Shown here: in pieces, positions 18,013 through 27,364 of the stretch
How the letters are laid out: every line of letters starts with the position of its first letter
How positions within the stretch are numbered: position 1 is the first letter of the stretch
Notes under the pieces: generated by a model
The model's input: the letters and a program-made list of their open reading frames with translations, nothing else
Told to the model about the DNA's origin: nothing
Database searches by the model: none
Source of the DNA: an uncultured Ruminococcus sp.
GTDB lineage: Bacteria > Bacillota > Clostridia > Oscillospirales > Acutalibacteraceae
Assembly: GCA_964427365.1 (NCBI GenBank)
Contig: CAYRTG010000005.1
Coordinates: forward strand, 1 to 51,207
Direction of reading: 5' to 3'
Length of the DNA: 51,207 nucleotides
Made by a program: the position numbers and the translations under genes

Positions 18013-21000
18013 ATGAAAAGAATTAAAAAAATTCTGGTGGTTTTGGCTTTGGTACTGTCTCTTTGTATGGTATCTCCCTCGGCGTTTGCCGCCACTGTAG
18101 GCAACGGAGATATATCCGTTACTCTAAAAACGGATAAGCAGACCTACAGTGATGACGAACCCATTGCGGTAAAGCTTAAGCTTAAGAACAACACAGATGA
18201 TGTGCTGACAAATATTTCCCTTGAAAATATTATTCCAGATGGATATGAATTGTCCGGTACGCTTAGTTCAACCAAGCAAATTGATGTGTTGGATGGGGGC
18301 GAACAGGTAAAGCTTAATAATATCTTTGTCGCTGCTGTGGCGTCATCATTTGTAAGCACTCCCTTTTTCGGGGTGTTAATGGTTGTTCTGGTGCTTATTG
18401 CATTGGGTGTGCTGATGTTTGTTTTCCGCAACAGGCTCAGGTTTAAATCCGTTCTTTCCGTTTTTATGGTCGTTACGTTGCTTTGCGTCGCTATGCCTCA
18501 ACTTAAGGTGTTTGCCGCCGATGACGGCAAGCTTGCAACCGTTACAAAAAAGGTTAAGGTCGATAATAAAAGGGTTACTCTTGAATCAGACGTAACATAC
18601 AACGGTGAAAGATTTGAGTCCTCCCGAGAGTTTATTGATACCGATGATGACGGTGTGGCTGATTATTTAGAGGATTATTTCGGCATAAATAAGAATAAAT
18701 CCGACACTGACGGCGACGGGCTTTCTGACTATGCGGAGTTGTTTAAGATAAAATCAGACCCACTTAAAAAGGATTCAAACGGCAATTTTGTTTCCGATGG
18801 AGAAGAGGATGCCGATAATGACGGAGTTTGTAATGCTGATGAGGAAAAATACAGGACAAGTCCCGTAGATAAGGACTCCGACAGCGACGGACTCACCGAC
18901 GGCGAGGAGCTTAATCAATACAACACTGACCTTTTGAAAAAGGATACCGACGGCGATGGGCTTTCTGACGGCGACGAGGTAAAACTAGGACTTAATCCGC
19001 TTATTAAAAAAACCGATGGAAAAACTGTGGATTCAAAGCGACTTTTTAATCAAAAGCTTTCAAAAAATAAAATTGACCCATCTCTGCGTGCAAAGTCCTC
19101 TGCGGCTGTACCCTCGCTGAGCGGTAAAGTGTATGGCTTGATTGACAAGCATGTTTCAATTACCCCTGAGGATGTGGATGCTCTTGAGAGCAATACGGCG
19201 GTTGTGGGAACTCCGATAAATATAAAAACCGATTATTCTAATAAGTATAAATTTAAGCTAAAATTTGACTGCTCTCTTTATGACAGCGACCCCGGACTTT
19301 TACTGATTTGCAGGTATGAGGAGGGTAAAATTACCCCCTGCAAAACTAAGGTTAATGAAACAATAGTTTCGGCTGATGTTTTTGGCGGTACTTATTTCAT
19401 TGTAAATTCTGCTGCACAGCTTAAAGAATTAGGAGTAAATGTTGAGGATAACCTTTCCGGCAACGATTTAAAGCAGTATAAAAAATCCGCCGCCTACAGT
19501 GTTTCTGCTGACACGGAATCACAGGTAAGCGGCAATGCGGATATAGTATTTATCGTTGACTCCACCGGCTCAATGGATAAGATTATTAGCAATGTTGCAG
19601 ATAATATAGAATCTTTCATAGACACAATAGGCGGTTTAAATGTTTCCGTTAATCTTGCCCTAATTGACTTTAAGGACGCTGTCTTTAACGAGGGTATTAA
19701 TATTGCAGCCAATGGCGATTCCTATTGGTATGTAGATAGTGAGATTGATACATTTAAAGCAAAAATGAAAAGCCTCAGCGTGGGCGGAGGTGTAGACGCA
19801 CCTGAATCTTCTCTTGACGCTGTAGTTAAGGCACAGTCCCTAAATTTCAGAAACAACGCCAATAAATTCTTTATTCTTATAACCGATTCCAAGTACAGGC
19901 TTACTGCAAGCTCAGGAACCTCCGATATTAGTTCTCTTGCAGATAATCTCGCAGCGTCAGGTATTGTTACATCTGTAATTACGACAGAAAAGCTACAGCA
20001 AACCTACAAGCCGCTTACAGAAATAACCGGCGGCAAAATGCTTAAGATTGATACCGCTTTCGGCACAACCTCAGATGGCGAAACAAGCGACGAAACTCTT
20101 GACAGTCTTGCCGACAACATAGGTGAGGAAACTGTTAATGAGAGTGAATGGGTAGTATTAAGTGACTATCAGTGTGTTGAGCTTGAAAGCCCCGTATCCG
20201 CAACGGCCGCTACCGATACCGATGGCGACGGTCTTACTGACTATGCTGAGCTGGGGGATAAAACCCTGATAAATCTGAATCCGTATATTGAAAAAGTTTT
20301 GACAGCATCCGGATTACCGTCTACAGAATTACAAGGCTTATCCAATAAAGGCATATATGTTTATAATTATAAGTCAAATCCCGCCTTGCCAGATACGGAC
20401 TTTGACGGAATGAATGATAAGGAAGACAAATGCCCCAAGAGTAGCTACTTTACCGGTACTCTCCATACTGACTATGCTGACAGTGACATTACAACATATG
20501 TTGATTATCGTTGGTTCTTTGATGACAGCAATGTGTATAATCCTGATTTAAGCAAGCTTTCTCTGCTATACTCCTCAGCGATATATCATGAAAACTATCT
20601 TAATCTTACCGATACCGACGGTACACAAATACTTAACAGTTCAAACAATGCGGAAAATTCTATGCCGGTTATAATGACGCAGCTTGGTATGTCCGATTGC
20701 CATTCATATTTTCTAGGTGATGATGCCGTAAGTATTGGTTACACAAAAGCTACCGATGCTCATGTTTCTGAAGTTGCCTTGGGTCATCGTACCGTAACCT
20801 ATAACGGCAAAACAAAGACAATTATCTCCGTGGATGTACGCGGCACAAACGGCACTATTCAGGAATGGCAAAGTAACTTTGATATAGGGGAGGCTGCTTC
20901 TTTCGATAATGCTTCTCATTCCGACTATTGCACCGACTGGAAAACAAAGCTTAATCACAAGGGCTTTGATGCAGCTGCAAACCGTATACTAAATATCATC

Positions 21001-21846
21001 AGCTTGTATTGCACAAAATTTAATGTTGACACTTCTCAGGCTTGTTATTGGGTAACAGGTCATTCCCGGGGAGCTGCCATAGCAAACTTAATTGGCGGCT
21101 ACTTGGCCGACCAAAGCAAGGACGCATATACTTATACCTTTGCCGCTCCCAGTACTACGCTTTCTACAGATATAAAGGCTGATAAATATAATTCAATATT
21201 CAACGTAATTAATGAGGATGACTTTGTTCCTTGCCTGCCTCTTGAAAAATGGGGCTACTCCCGCTACGGAAAAAGTTGCTCAGTAAGCCTTGCCAATACC
21301 TCCGATTATGAAGAACAGTGGGAGGATATGACCGATATTCTTGACTATAATCCCGATACAAACGGTATGGATAAAACGGTTGACGCTTTGGCAGACATAC
21401 TTGTCTATGAGGGTCATGATTATGATTCGGTAAACCCCGAGATTGATTGCTATACCTATACCTGCACATGCCACGGAAATGGTGAAAGTGACAATATTAC
21501 AATTACAAATCGTGGCACATCGGCAAACAGCAGGGATGAGGCAATAGCAAAAATCCCCGAAAATGCCTTGCCGTACTGCAAAATTGTAAAAAAAGACGGA
21601 ACATTATTTTGGGGCTATGATTTTACCTGCTGCCAGACTCCTGCATACTTTATGCAAATATTGGCGGCTCAGATGGGCGGCACTATAAACGCTTACCGCT
21701 TTGCGGTAGAGCTTAATATTGCCGATAGATATGAAACCGCAAAAACTCAGATCATAGTTTCAGCAATAAGCGGCATAACTCATCCCCACTACACAGAATC
21801 CTACTATATATTGTCCAATAATATTATCGGCACAGTATTTTCATAA
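18013..21846 (+). CDS. Surface protein with DTDGDG Ca-binding repeats, vWA domain and C-terminal alpha/beta-hydrolase (lipase class 3-like)
   Basis: Signal peptide from ATG 18013; multiple D(T/S)DGDGL.D..E repeats; ADIVFIVDSTGSM MIDAS-like motif; VRGT, HKGF, WVTGHSRGAA, DFVP lipase motifs. Confidence 0.82.
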   Translation: MKRIKKILVVLALVLSLCMVSPSAFAATVGNGDISVTLKTDKQTYSDDEPIAVKLKLKNNTDDVLTNISLENIIPDGYELSGTLSSTKQIDVLDGGEQVKLNNIFVAAVASSFVSTPFFGVLMVVLVLIALGVLMFVFRNRLRFKSVLSVFMVVTLLCVAMPQLKVFAADDGKLATVTKKVKVDNKRVTLESDVTYNGERFESSREFIDTDDDGVADYLEDYFGINKNKSDTDGDGLSDYAELFKIKSDPLKKDSNGNFVSDGEEDADNDGVCNADEEKYRTSPVDKDSDSDGLTDGEELNQYNTDLLKKDTDGDGLSDGDEVKLGLNPLIKKTDGKTVDSKRLFNQKLSKNKIDPSLRAKSSAAVPSLSGKVYGLIDKHVSITPEDVDALESNTAVVGTPINIKTDYSNKYKFKLKFDCSLYDSDPGLLLICRYEEGKITPCKTKVNETIVSADVFGGTYFIVNSAAQLKELGVNVEDNLSGNDLKQYKKSAAYSVSADTESQVSGNADIVFIVDSTGSMDKIISNVADNIESFIDTIGGLNVSVNLALIDFKDAVFNEGINIAANGDSYWYVDSEIDTFKAKMKSLSVGGGVDAPESSLDAVVKAQSLNFRNNANKFFILITDSKYRLTASSGTSDISSLADNLAASGIVTSVITTEKLQQTYKPLTEITGGKMLKIDTAFGTTSDGETSDETLDSLADNIGEETVNESEWVVLSDYQCVELESPVSATAATDTDGDGLTDYAELGDKTLINLNPYIEKVLTASGLPSTELQGLSNKGIYVYNYKSNPALPDTDFDGMNDKEDKCPKSSYFTGTLHTDYADSDITTYVDYRWFFDDSNVYNPDLSKLSLLYSSAIYHENYLNLTDTDGTQILNSSNNAENSMPVIMTQLGMSDCHSYFLGDDAVSIGYTKATDAHVSEVALGHRTVTYNGKTKTIISVDVRGTNGTIQEWQSNFDIGEAASFDNASHSDYCTDWKTKLNHKGFDAAANRILNIISLYCTKFNVDTSQACYWVTGHSRGAAIANLIGGYLADQSKDAYTYTFAAPSTTLSTDIKADKYNSIFNVINEDDFVPCLPLEKWGYSRYGKSCSVSLANTSDYEEQWEDMTDILDYNPDTNGMDKTVDALADILVYEGHDYDSVNPEIDCYTYTCTCHGNGESDNITITNRGTSANSRDEAIAKIPENALPYCKIVKKDGTLFWGYDFTCCQTPAYFMQILAAQMGGTINAYRFAVELNIADRYETAKTQIIVSAISGITHPHYTESYYILSNNIIGTVFS

Positions 21847-21890
21847 TTAATTCAAGGATCTATTAAAATTCACTAACAGAGGTGTTGACA

Positions 21891-22079
21891 GTGAAAAAGC
21901 TTTATACTTTTCCGAATTTGGAATTTGTAAAAATTCGATTAATTGAAGACGTACTTTCTTCAAGCAAACCGGGTACCGTTGACAACGGAAATCCCGAACA
22001 GCCGGAAACAGGAGGAGTTGTAAGCACTGATCCCGATCCATTCGGCGGCGATACGGGCGACGATGATTTTTGGTTTTAA
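21891..22079 (+). CDS. Small acidic peptide (62 aa) with MKKxYxxPxL N-terminus
   Basis: GAGGTG RBS 6 nt before GTG 21891; MKKLYTFPNLEFVKIRLIEDVLSSS followed by a D/G/P-rich tail; hairpins follow. Confidence 0.7.
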   Translation: MKKLYTFPNLEFVKIRLIEDVLSSSKPGTVDNGNPEQPETGGVVSTDPDPFGGDTGDDDFWF

Positions 22080-22127
22080 TTATTGTGCGTAAAATCGTTA
22101 TTTACATTACAGTTGAATAAAATTTTG

Positions 22128-22210
22128 CGGACTGTCGCGCTTTATTGACAGACAGTCCGTTTCTTAAACAAAAAGACCATATCGGCATATAATCTGCTGA
22201 TGTGGTCTTT
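22128..22210 (+). terminator. Two consecutive hairpins ending the surface-protein locus
   Basis: CGGACTGTC/GACAGTCCG (22128-22159) followed by TTTCTT; AAAGACCATATCGGCA/TGCTGATGTGGTCTTT (22172-22210). Confidence 0.6.
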
Positions 22211-22228
22211 AAATATTATTGAACTCCA

Positions 22229-22437
22229 ATGTCTGAAGAAGGACTGTTTGCTGTTAAAGGAGAAAATTACTGTGTAGCGTTTTATAATAGAAAAGGCAAA
22301 AAGTCATAGATTTGATCGAATATGAATTATACGAACAAGGCAGTCAGGATTCTGTTTTTGTTGATGGAGTGTGTCCAATATATATAAAGAACAATGAAAA
22401 CTCTGTCTATAAGATAACAATTAACACAAAAGAATAG
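22229..22437 (+). pseudogene. Frameshifted gene remnant (WG-repeat-like C-terminal fragment)
   Basis: MSEEGLFAVKGENYCVAFYNRKGKK, then a frameshift in an A-run to VIDLIEYELY...FVDGVC...YKITINTKE*. Confidence 0.35.
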
Positions 22438-22512
22438 TTATGGATTTCAGTATAAGTGGATTAGTTGTATTCAAAAAAGCCTCTTTATTTTATCTATTTA
22501 ATAAATTACATA

Positions 22513-22541
22513 TTGAATAATATGTCTTTGTGTGTTACAAT
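22513..22541 (+). promoter_or_regulatory. Putative sigma-A promoter of the folate operon
   Basis: TTGAAT, 17 nt, TG-n-TACAAT immediately upstream of the riboswitch. Confidence 0.55.
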
Positions 22542-22569
22542 CAACCTATAGCATTAAAAATTAAATATT

Positions 22570-22668
22570 TGCAGAGTAGGCTTTGGAGCGTTAAGTGTCC
22601 TGTAAACAGGAAGTTGTTATGGGAACGAAAAGATTTTTCTTGCGATTTCTCAGCCGCATTCCGCTGCT
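22570..22668 (+). ncRNA. THF (tetrahydrofolate) riboswitch
   Basis: GCAGAGTAGG...GCGTTAAGTG...GGAAGTTG...ACGAAA...TTGCG...CCGCATTCCGCTGC matches the THF aptamer consensus; directly upstream of folE. Confidence 0.92.
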
Positions 22669-22722
22669 TCATAGAACAAATCTCCTGTGTGGTGTACGGA
22701 ATACTGCATAGGGGGTTTATTT

Positions 22723-23280
22723 ATGGATTCAGAAAAAATCAAAGAGGCTGTAAGGCTATTTATTGAAGGCATTGGAGAAAATCCTGACAGGGAGGGATTG
22801 CTTGAAACTCCTGACCGAGTTGCAAGAATGTGTGAGGAAATTTACGAAGGAATTGGTAAAAGTCCAAATGAACATCTTTTAAAGCAATTTACTGCTGACA
22901 ACAGCGAAATTGTACTTGTTAAGGATATTATATTTTACTCAACCTGTGAGCATCACCTTTTACCTTTTTACGGAAAAGCTCATGTTGCCTATATTCCAAA
23001 TGGCAGGGTTGTAGGTCTTAGCAAGCTTGCAAGGGCGGTGGAGGTGTACGCTCGCCGTCTCCAAATTCAGGAACAGCTTACAAGTCAGATTGCAGACGCT
23101 TTGGAAAAATATCTTGGTCCAAAGGGCGTAATGGTTATGATTGAGGCAGAGCATATGTGTATGTCGATGCGTGGAATTAAAAAGCCCGGAAGTCTTACCG
23201 TAACCTATGGTACAAGAGGTTGTTTTGCCGATGATTTTAATAAACAAAAAATGTTTATGGAGATGGTAAGAAATGATTAG
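22723..23280 (+). CDS. folE: GTP cyclohydrolase I
   Basis: [42 protein letters not shown]; ATG 22723 after AGGGGG. Confidence 0.96.
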   Translation: MDSEKIKEAVRLFIEGIGENPDREGLLETPDRVARMCEEIYEGIGKSPNEHLLKQFTADNSEIVLVKDIIFYSTCEHHLLPFYGKAHVAYIPNGRVVGLSKLARAVEVYARRLQIQEQLTSQIADALEKYLGPKGVMVMIEAEHMCMSMRGIKKPGSLTVTYGTRGCFADDFNKQKMFMEMVRND

Positions 23281-23788
23281 CAATATGCCCAGAGTAAACG
23301 CTGTTTTAAAAAGTGAAAAGTATCAGAAACTTTTGAAAGCAATTGAAAAGGCAGAACAAGACAGAAAATTCTGTAAGCATACAATGGAGCATTTTCTTGA
23401 TACAGCAAGGATAATGTATATAATTTCTATGGAAGAAAAGAGGTCACTTAACAAGGAAATAATTTATGCAGCAGCATTATTGCACGATATAGGCAGAGCA
23501 AAGGAATATGAAAAAAATATTCCTCATAATCAGGCAAGTGCCCAATTTGCTAAGGAAGTGTTGCCTGAATGTGGCTTTTCTGATGATGAGATAAAAGTTA
23601 TTGCACAGGGGATACTTTGCCACAGGAATAGTAACAGTGGCATAAAATCTGACAGTAATAATTATGACAGTATAATGGGAAAACTTCTTTACAAAGCAGA
23701 CAAGCTTAGCCGTATGTGCTTTAACTGTCAAGCTGAAAAAGAATGTTATTGGCATAAGGATAAGAAAAATTCTGAGGTAATATATTAG
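23273..23788 (+). CDS. HD-domain phosphohydrolase in the folate operon
   Basis: H...[23 protein letters not shown]-family motifs; overlaps the folE stop. Confidence 0.85.
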   Translation: MISNMPRVNAVLKSEKYQKLLKAIEKAEQDRKFCKHTMEHFLDTARIMYIISMEEKRSLNKEIIYAAALLHDIGRAKEYEKNIPHNQASAQFAKEVLPECGFSDDEIKVIAQGILCHRNSNSGIKSDSNNYDSIMGKLLYKADKLSRMCFNCQAEKECYWHKDKKNSEVIY

Positions 23789-23803
23789 GCAACAGGAGTC
23801 AAT

Positions 23804-24610
23804 ATGAAAATAGGAAAATACAACTTTGATACTAAAAACAAAACCTATATTATGGGAATACTGAATGTTACTCCCGACTCTTTTTCTGACGGAGGAAGCT
23901 GGAATCAAATTGACAAAGCTCTTTATCATACACAGCAGATGATTAAGGAGGGTGCGGATATAATTGATGTTGGCGGTGAATCTACAAGACCAAACTACAC
24001 TATGATTTCTTATGAGGAGGAAATGCAGCGAGTTGTGCCTGTAATCAGCGAAATACGTCAGCGATTTGATATTCCTATTTCTGTTGATACATACAAGTCG
24101 AATGTTGCTAGAGCGGCTTTAGAGGCAGGGGCAGATCTCGTCAATGACATATGGGGCTTTAAATATGACTCTGAAATGGCTAAGGTTGTTGCAAAAAGCA
24201 ATTCTGCCTGCTGTCTTATGCATAACAAGGACAAGCCAATGTACAATAATTTCGTAAATGATATGATTAAGGAAACTTTGGAGTGTGTTCATATAGCGCT
24301 TAATGCCGGAATCAGCAAGGATAAAATCATACTTGACCCGGGGATAGGCTTTGGGAAAACCTATGAAATGAATTTACAGGCTGTTAAGCACCTTGATAAG
24401 CTACGTCAATGTGGATTTCCCGTACTTCTGGGCTGTTCAAGAAAGTCAGTAATCGGCAAAGCCCTTGATCTGTCTGTTGATGAAAGACTTGAGGGTACTA
24501 TTGCCACAACTGTTATGGCAGTTATCAGCGGCTGTACCTTTGTACGAGTACACGATGTTAAAGAAAATCTCCGTGCTGTTAAAATGGCAGAAGCTATTAT
24601 GAAAGTATAA
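23804..24610 (+). CDS. folP: Dihydropteroate synthase
   Basis: MGILNVTPDSFSDGG, IDVGGESTRP, DPGIGFGK, SRKS, VRVHDV. Confidence 0.96.
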   Translation: MKIGKYNFDTKNKTYIMGILNVTPDSFSDGGSWNQIDKALYHTQQMIKEGADIIDVGGESTRPNYTMISYEEEMQRVVPVISEIRQRFDIPISVDTYKSNVARAALEAGADLVNDIWGFKYDSEMAKVVAKSNSACCLMHNKDKPMYNNFVNDMIKETLECVHIALNAGISKDKIILDPGIGFGKTYEMNLQAVKHLDKLRQCGFPVLLGCSRKSVIGKALDLSVDERLEGTIATTVMAVISGCTFVRVHDVKENLRAVKMAEAIMKV

Positions 24611-24630
24611 GCATTAGTTAAGAGGTATTT

Positions 24631-25449
24631 ATGAGTGATAAAATTATAATAAGGGATTTGTATGTATATGCATATCATGGTGTTTATAAGGAAGAAACCG
24701 TGCTTGGACAGAAATTTCTTGTATCAGCAGAGCTATATACAGATTTTACCGACGCCATTGAAAATGACGATTTAAACCTGTCTGTTGACTACGGATGTGT
24801 ATGTAAGAAAATAACTGAATTTATGGAAAACAACAGCTTTAAGCTCATTGAAACCGCAGCACAAAGGCTTGCAGAAATGCTTTTGATGGATTTCCGGCTT
24901 TTAACAGGAGTTAAGGTCGAAATTAAAAAGCCTTGGGCGCCAATAGGCTTGCCCATTGATACTGCGTCTGTAGAGGTGGAAAGACATTGGCACACAGCTT
25001 ATATTGCCTTTGGCTCAAATATTGGGGATAAGGAAAAGTATATTAACACAGCAATAGAAACTCTTAAAAACACAAGGGGTTGTGTGGTGGAAAAGGTTTC
25101 TTCTAAAATTGTTACCAAGCCTTACGGAAATGTTCTACAGGAGGATTTTTTAAACGGCGCACTCTGTTTAAAAACATATTTCAGTCCCGACAGACTTTTA
25201 AAGGTTCTTAATCAAATTGAGATTGAAGCTGATCGTAAGAGAGAAATTCATTGGGGACCCAGGACCTTGGATTTGGATATTATATTTTATGATAATCTTG
25301 TAATTGATAATGAAAAGCTCCATATACCTCACATTGATATGCACAACCGTTCCTTTGTGCTGGAGCCATTGGCTGAAATCGGACCTTTTGTAAGGCACCC
25401 TGTTCTTAACAAAACCGTGGAACAGCTTTTGAGCGAGCTTAAGGCATAA
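24631..25449 (+). CDS. folK: Bifunctional dihydroneopterin aldolase / HPPK (FolB-FolK fusion)
   Basis: N-terminal AYHGVYKEE...SVDY...LIE...IKKP (FolB); C-terminal GSNIGD, WGPRTLDLDII, IPH (FolK). Confidence 0.93.
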   Translation: MSDKIIIRDLYVYAYHGVYKEETVLGQKFLVSAELYTDFTDAIENDDLNLSVDYGCVCKKITEFMENNSFKLIETAAQRLAEMLLMDFRLLTGVKVEIKKPWAPIGLPIDTASVEVERHWHTAYIAFGSNIGDKEKYINTAIETLKNTRGCVVEKVSSKIVTKPYGNVLQEDFLNGALCLKTYFSPDRLLKVLNQIEIEADRKREIHWGPRTLDLDIIFYDNLVIDNEKLHIPHIDMHNRSFVLEPLAEIGPFVRHPVLNKTVEQLLSELKA

Positions 25450-25463
25450 AAAGGGAGCAGGTT

Positions 25464-25958
25464 ATGGTAGCGTTGATTGTTGCATACACAAGAAATAAGG
25501 TCATAGGGAAAAACGGGAAAATTCCATGGAATCTACATAATGAGAAAAAGCGTTTTAAGGAGCTTACTACAGGAAATGTTGTAGTTATGGGAAGAAAAAC
25601 CTATGAGGAAATAGGCAGGCCATTGCCAAACAGATATACAATTGTCGTGTCAAGAAAAAGAAGCTTTCGTAAGGAAAACTGTGTCACTTCAAGGTCTGTA
25701 CAGGATGCGTTGGAAATTTGCAGGAAAAAATTTCCTGATAAAAATGTATATATTTCTGGAGGTTCGGAAATTTACAGGGAGGTTTTGCCTTATGTTGAAG
25801 TAATGTATATCACGGAAATAGATGAAGTAATTGAAGGAGATGTGTATTTTCCTGAATTTGACGAAAAAAATTTTGATTTAAAAATTCATGGGCAGTTCAA
25901 CGAGGAGCTGCCATATAAATATCTCACATATACAAGAAAAGAGAACGGAAACTTTTAG
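25464..25958 (+). CDS. folA: Dihydrofolate reductase
   Basis: VIGKNGKIPW, VVMGRKTYE, PLPNR, GGSEIY, GDVYFP. Confidence 0.93.
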   Translation: MVALIVAYTRNKVIGKNGKIPWNLHNEKKRFKELTTGNVVVMGRKTYEEIGRPLPNRYTIVVSRKRSFRKENCVTSRSVQDALEICRKKFPDKNVYISGGSEIYREVLPYVEVMYITEIDEVIEGDVYFPEFDEKNFDLKIHGQFNEELPYKYLTYTRKENGNF

Positions 25959-26168
25959 CTATACGGAGTACTTAACCCGTAAATAGGAAATTTAGAAAAA
26001 CTATAGTGCCGAAGACTTAAAACAGCTGAAATAATAAAGGAGCGTTGAAGAAAGGAAACTGAAAACCTCATTTTTAAAGTTCCTTTTACAAATTTACAGA
26101 CTTTTGGGTTTATATTAACAGCTATTTGTTCTTAAAAGTAAATATTATTCAGAAATTTCAGTGTATAA

Positions 26169-26271
26169 TATAACTTATTCGATGATGTCTCGTTGCAGTT
26201 GCAATCTGTCGCAAGCTCTATTTCAATCAGGCTTGCCGAAGCGTTGCTTCGATTTAAATCGGAATGTTATA
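26169..26271. repeat. Dispersed multi-hairpin element, internally deleted copy 3, with imperfect terminal inverted repeats
   Basis: TATAAC-TTATTCGATGATGTC...TGCAATCTGTCGCAAGCTC...GGCTTGC CGAAGCGTTGCTTCG ATTTAAATCGGAAT-GTTATA; homologous to copies at 3112 and 37996. Confidence 0.8.
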
Positions 26272-26292
26272 AATTGTTAAAAGGATGATAAT

Positions 26293-27072
26293 ATGAATTT
26301 AGAGAAAGAACTTAATGTTTCAAAAAAAGCCGCTGTTTTAGCAGGTAAAGCTATTATGGAAATATATAACAGCAAAGAATTTGGAGTAGAATACAAAAAG
26401 GATAACAGTCCTTTAACCTTAGCTGATAAGGCGGCAAACAAGATTATTGTTGAAATGCTAAAGGATAATTTTCCTGAATATGCTATTTTATCAGAGGAAG
26501 AAAAGGACGATTTAAAAAGACTTGAAAAGGACTGTTGCTTTGTAGTTGACCCTCTTGACGGCACAAAGGAATTTATTAAAAGAAACGGACAATTTACCGT
26601 AAATATTGCATTAAGCTATAAGCATAAATCTGTTATGGGAGTGATTTATGTTCCTGTAACACAGGAGCTTTATTACGGAAGCGAGGGTAACGGAAGTTAT
26701 CTTGAAAAGAACGGACAAGTTGTTAAGCTAAAAGTAAATAAAGAGGACAAACCTAAAAATCAACTGAATGTTGTAATGAGCAATTCTCACGGCTGCGAGG
26801 AAATGGAAAGATTAATTGAAAAATATGGGTTTAAAAACCTGGTAAAAGCCGGAAGTTCTCTGAAAGGCTGTATGATTGCTAAGGGTGAAGCTGATGTATA
26901 TTACCGCCATAATCCTACGATGGAGTGGGATACTGCGGCAATGCAATGTATAGTTGAGGAAGCCGGAGCTATATTTATGCAGATGGACGACACGCCTATG
27001 CTCTACAACCGAAAAAATTGTCTTAATTCAAAAGGCTTTTACATAATTAACAAAATAGAAAACAAACTATAA
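26293..27072 (+). CDS. cysQ: 3'(2'),5'-bisphosphate nucleotidase
   Basis: SPLTLAD, ILSEE, VDPLDGTKEF, GSSLK, EWDTAA. Confidence 0.93.
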   Translation: MNLEKELNVSKKAAVLAGKAIMEIYNSKEFGVEYKKDNSPLTLADKAANKIIVEMLKDNFPEYAILSEEEKDDLKRLEKDCCFVVDPLDGTKEFIKRNGQFTVNIALSYKHKSVMGVIYVPVTQELYYGSEGNGSYLEKNGQVVKLKVNKEDKPKNQLNVVMSNSHGCEEMERLIEKYGFKNLVKAGSSLKGCMIAKGEADVYYRHNPTMEWDTAAMQCIVEEAGAIFMQMDDTPMLYNRKNCLNSKGFYIINKIENKL

Positions 27073-27364
27073 TAATGATGCAATAAAAGTGAGTTAACAC
27101 CAATAGTGTTTACAAAACTGTAATAGTGTTTGGAAAAACTGTAATTGTTTCAACAACGATTTTACAGTATTTTGTCACAATCTTATCACTTTTATTTGTT
27201 AAAATTTTATAAGTATATTATAGGGTTCTTGTGGTTGAAACTACACAATACCTATTGTGTAACAGACCAGGGAATATAATATTACACCCTACGGAATGTG
27301 GTGTTGTCAATACCGGTAGCGGTGCTTAATCCCGATTTGTGTTTATTTATTGTTAGGGGCTTTT

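Noticed and set aside
22530-22766. 78-aa ORF as leader peptide of the folate operon
   Set aside because: It runs across the promoter and the THF aptamer, which already explain the sequence
25464-25958. Acquired trimethoprim/sulfonamide resistance genes (dfr, sul)
   Set aside because: folA and folP lie in a complete riboswitch-controlled biosynthetic operon with no integron or IS context
27102-27160. CRISPR array
   Set aside because: Only 2-3 adjacent ~20-bp repeats with no spacers, and no cas genes
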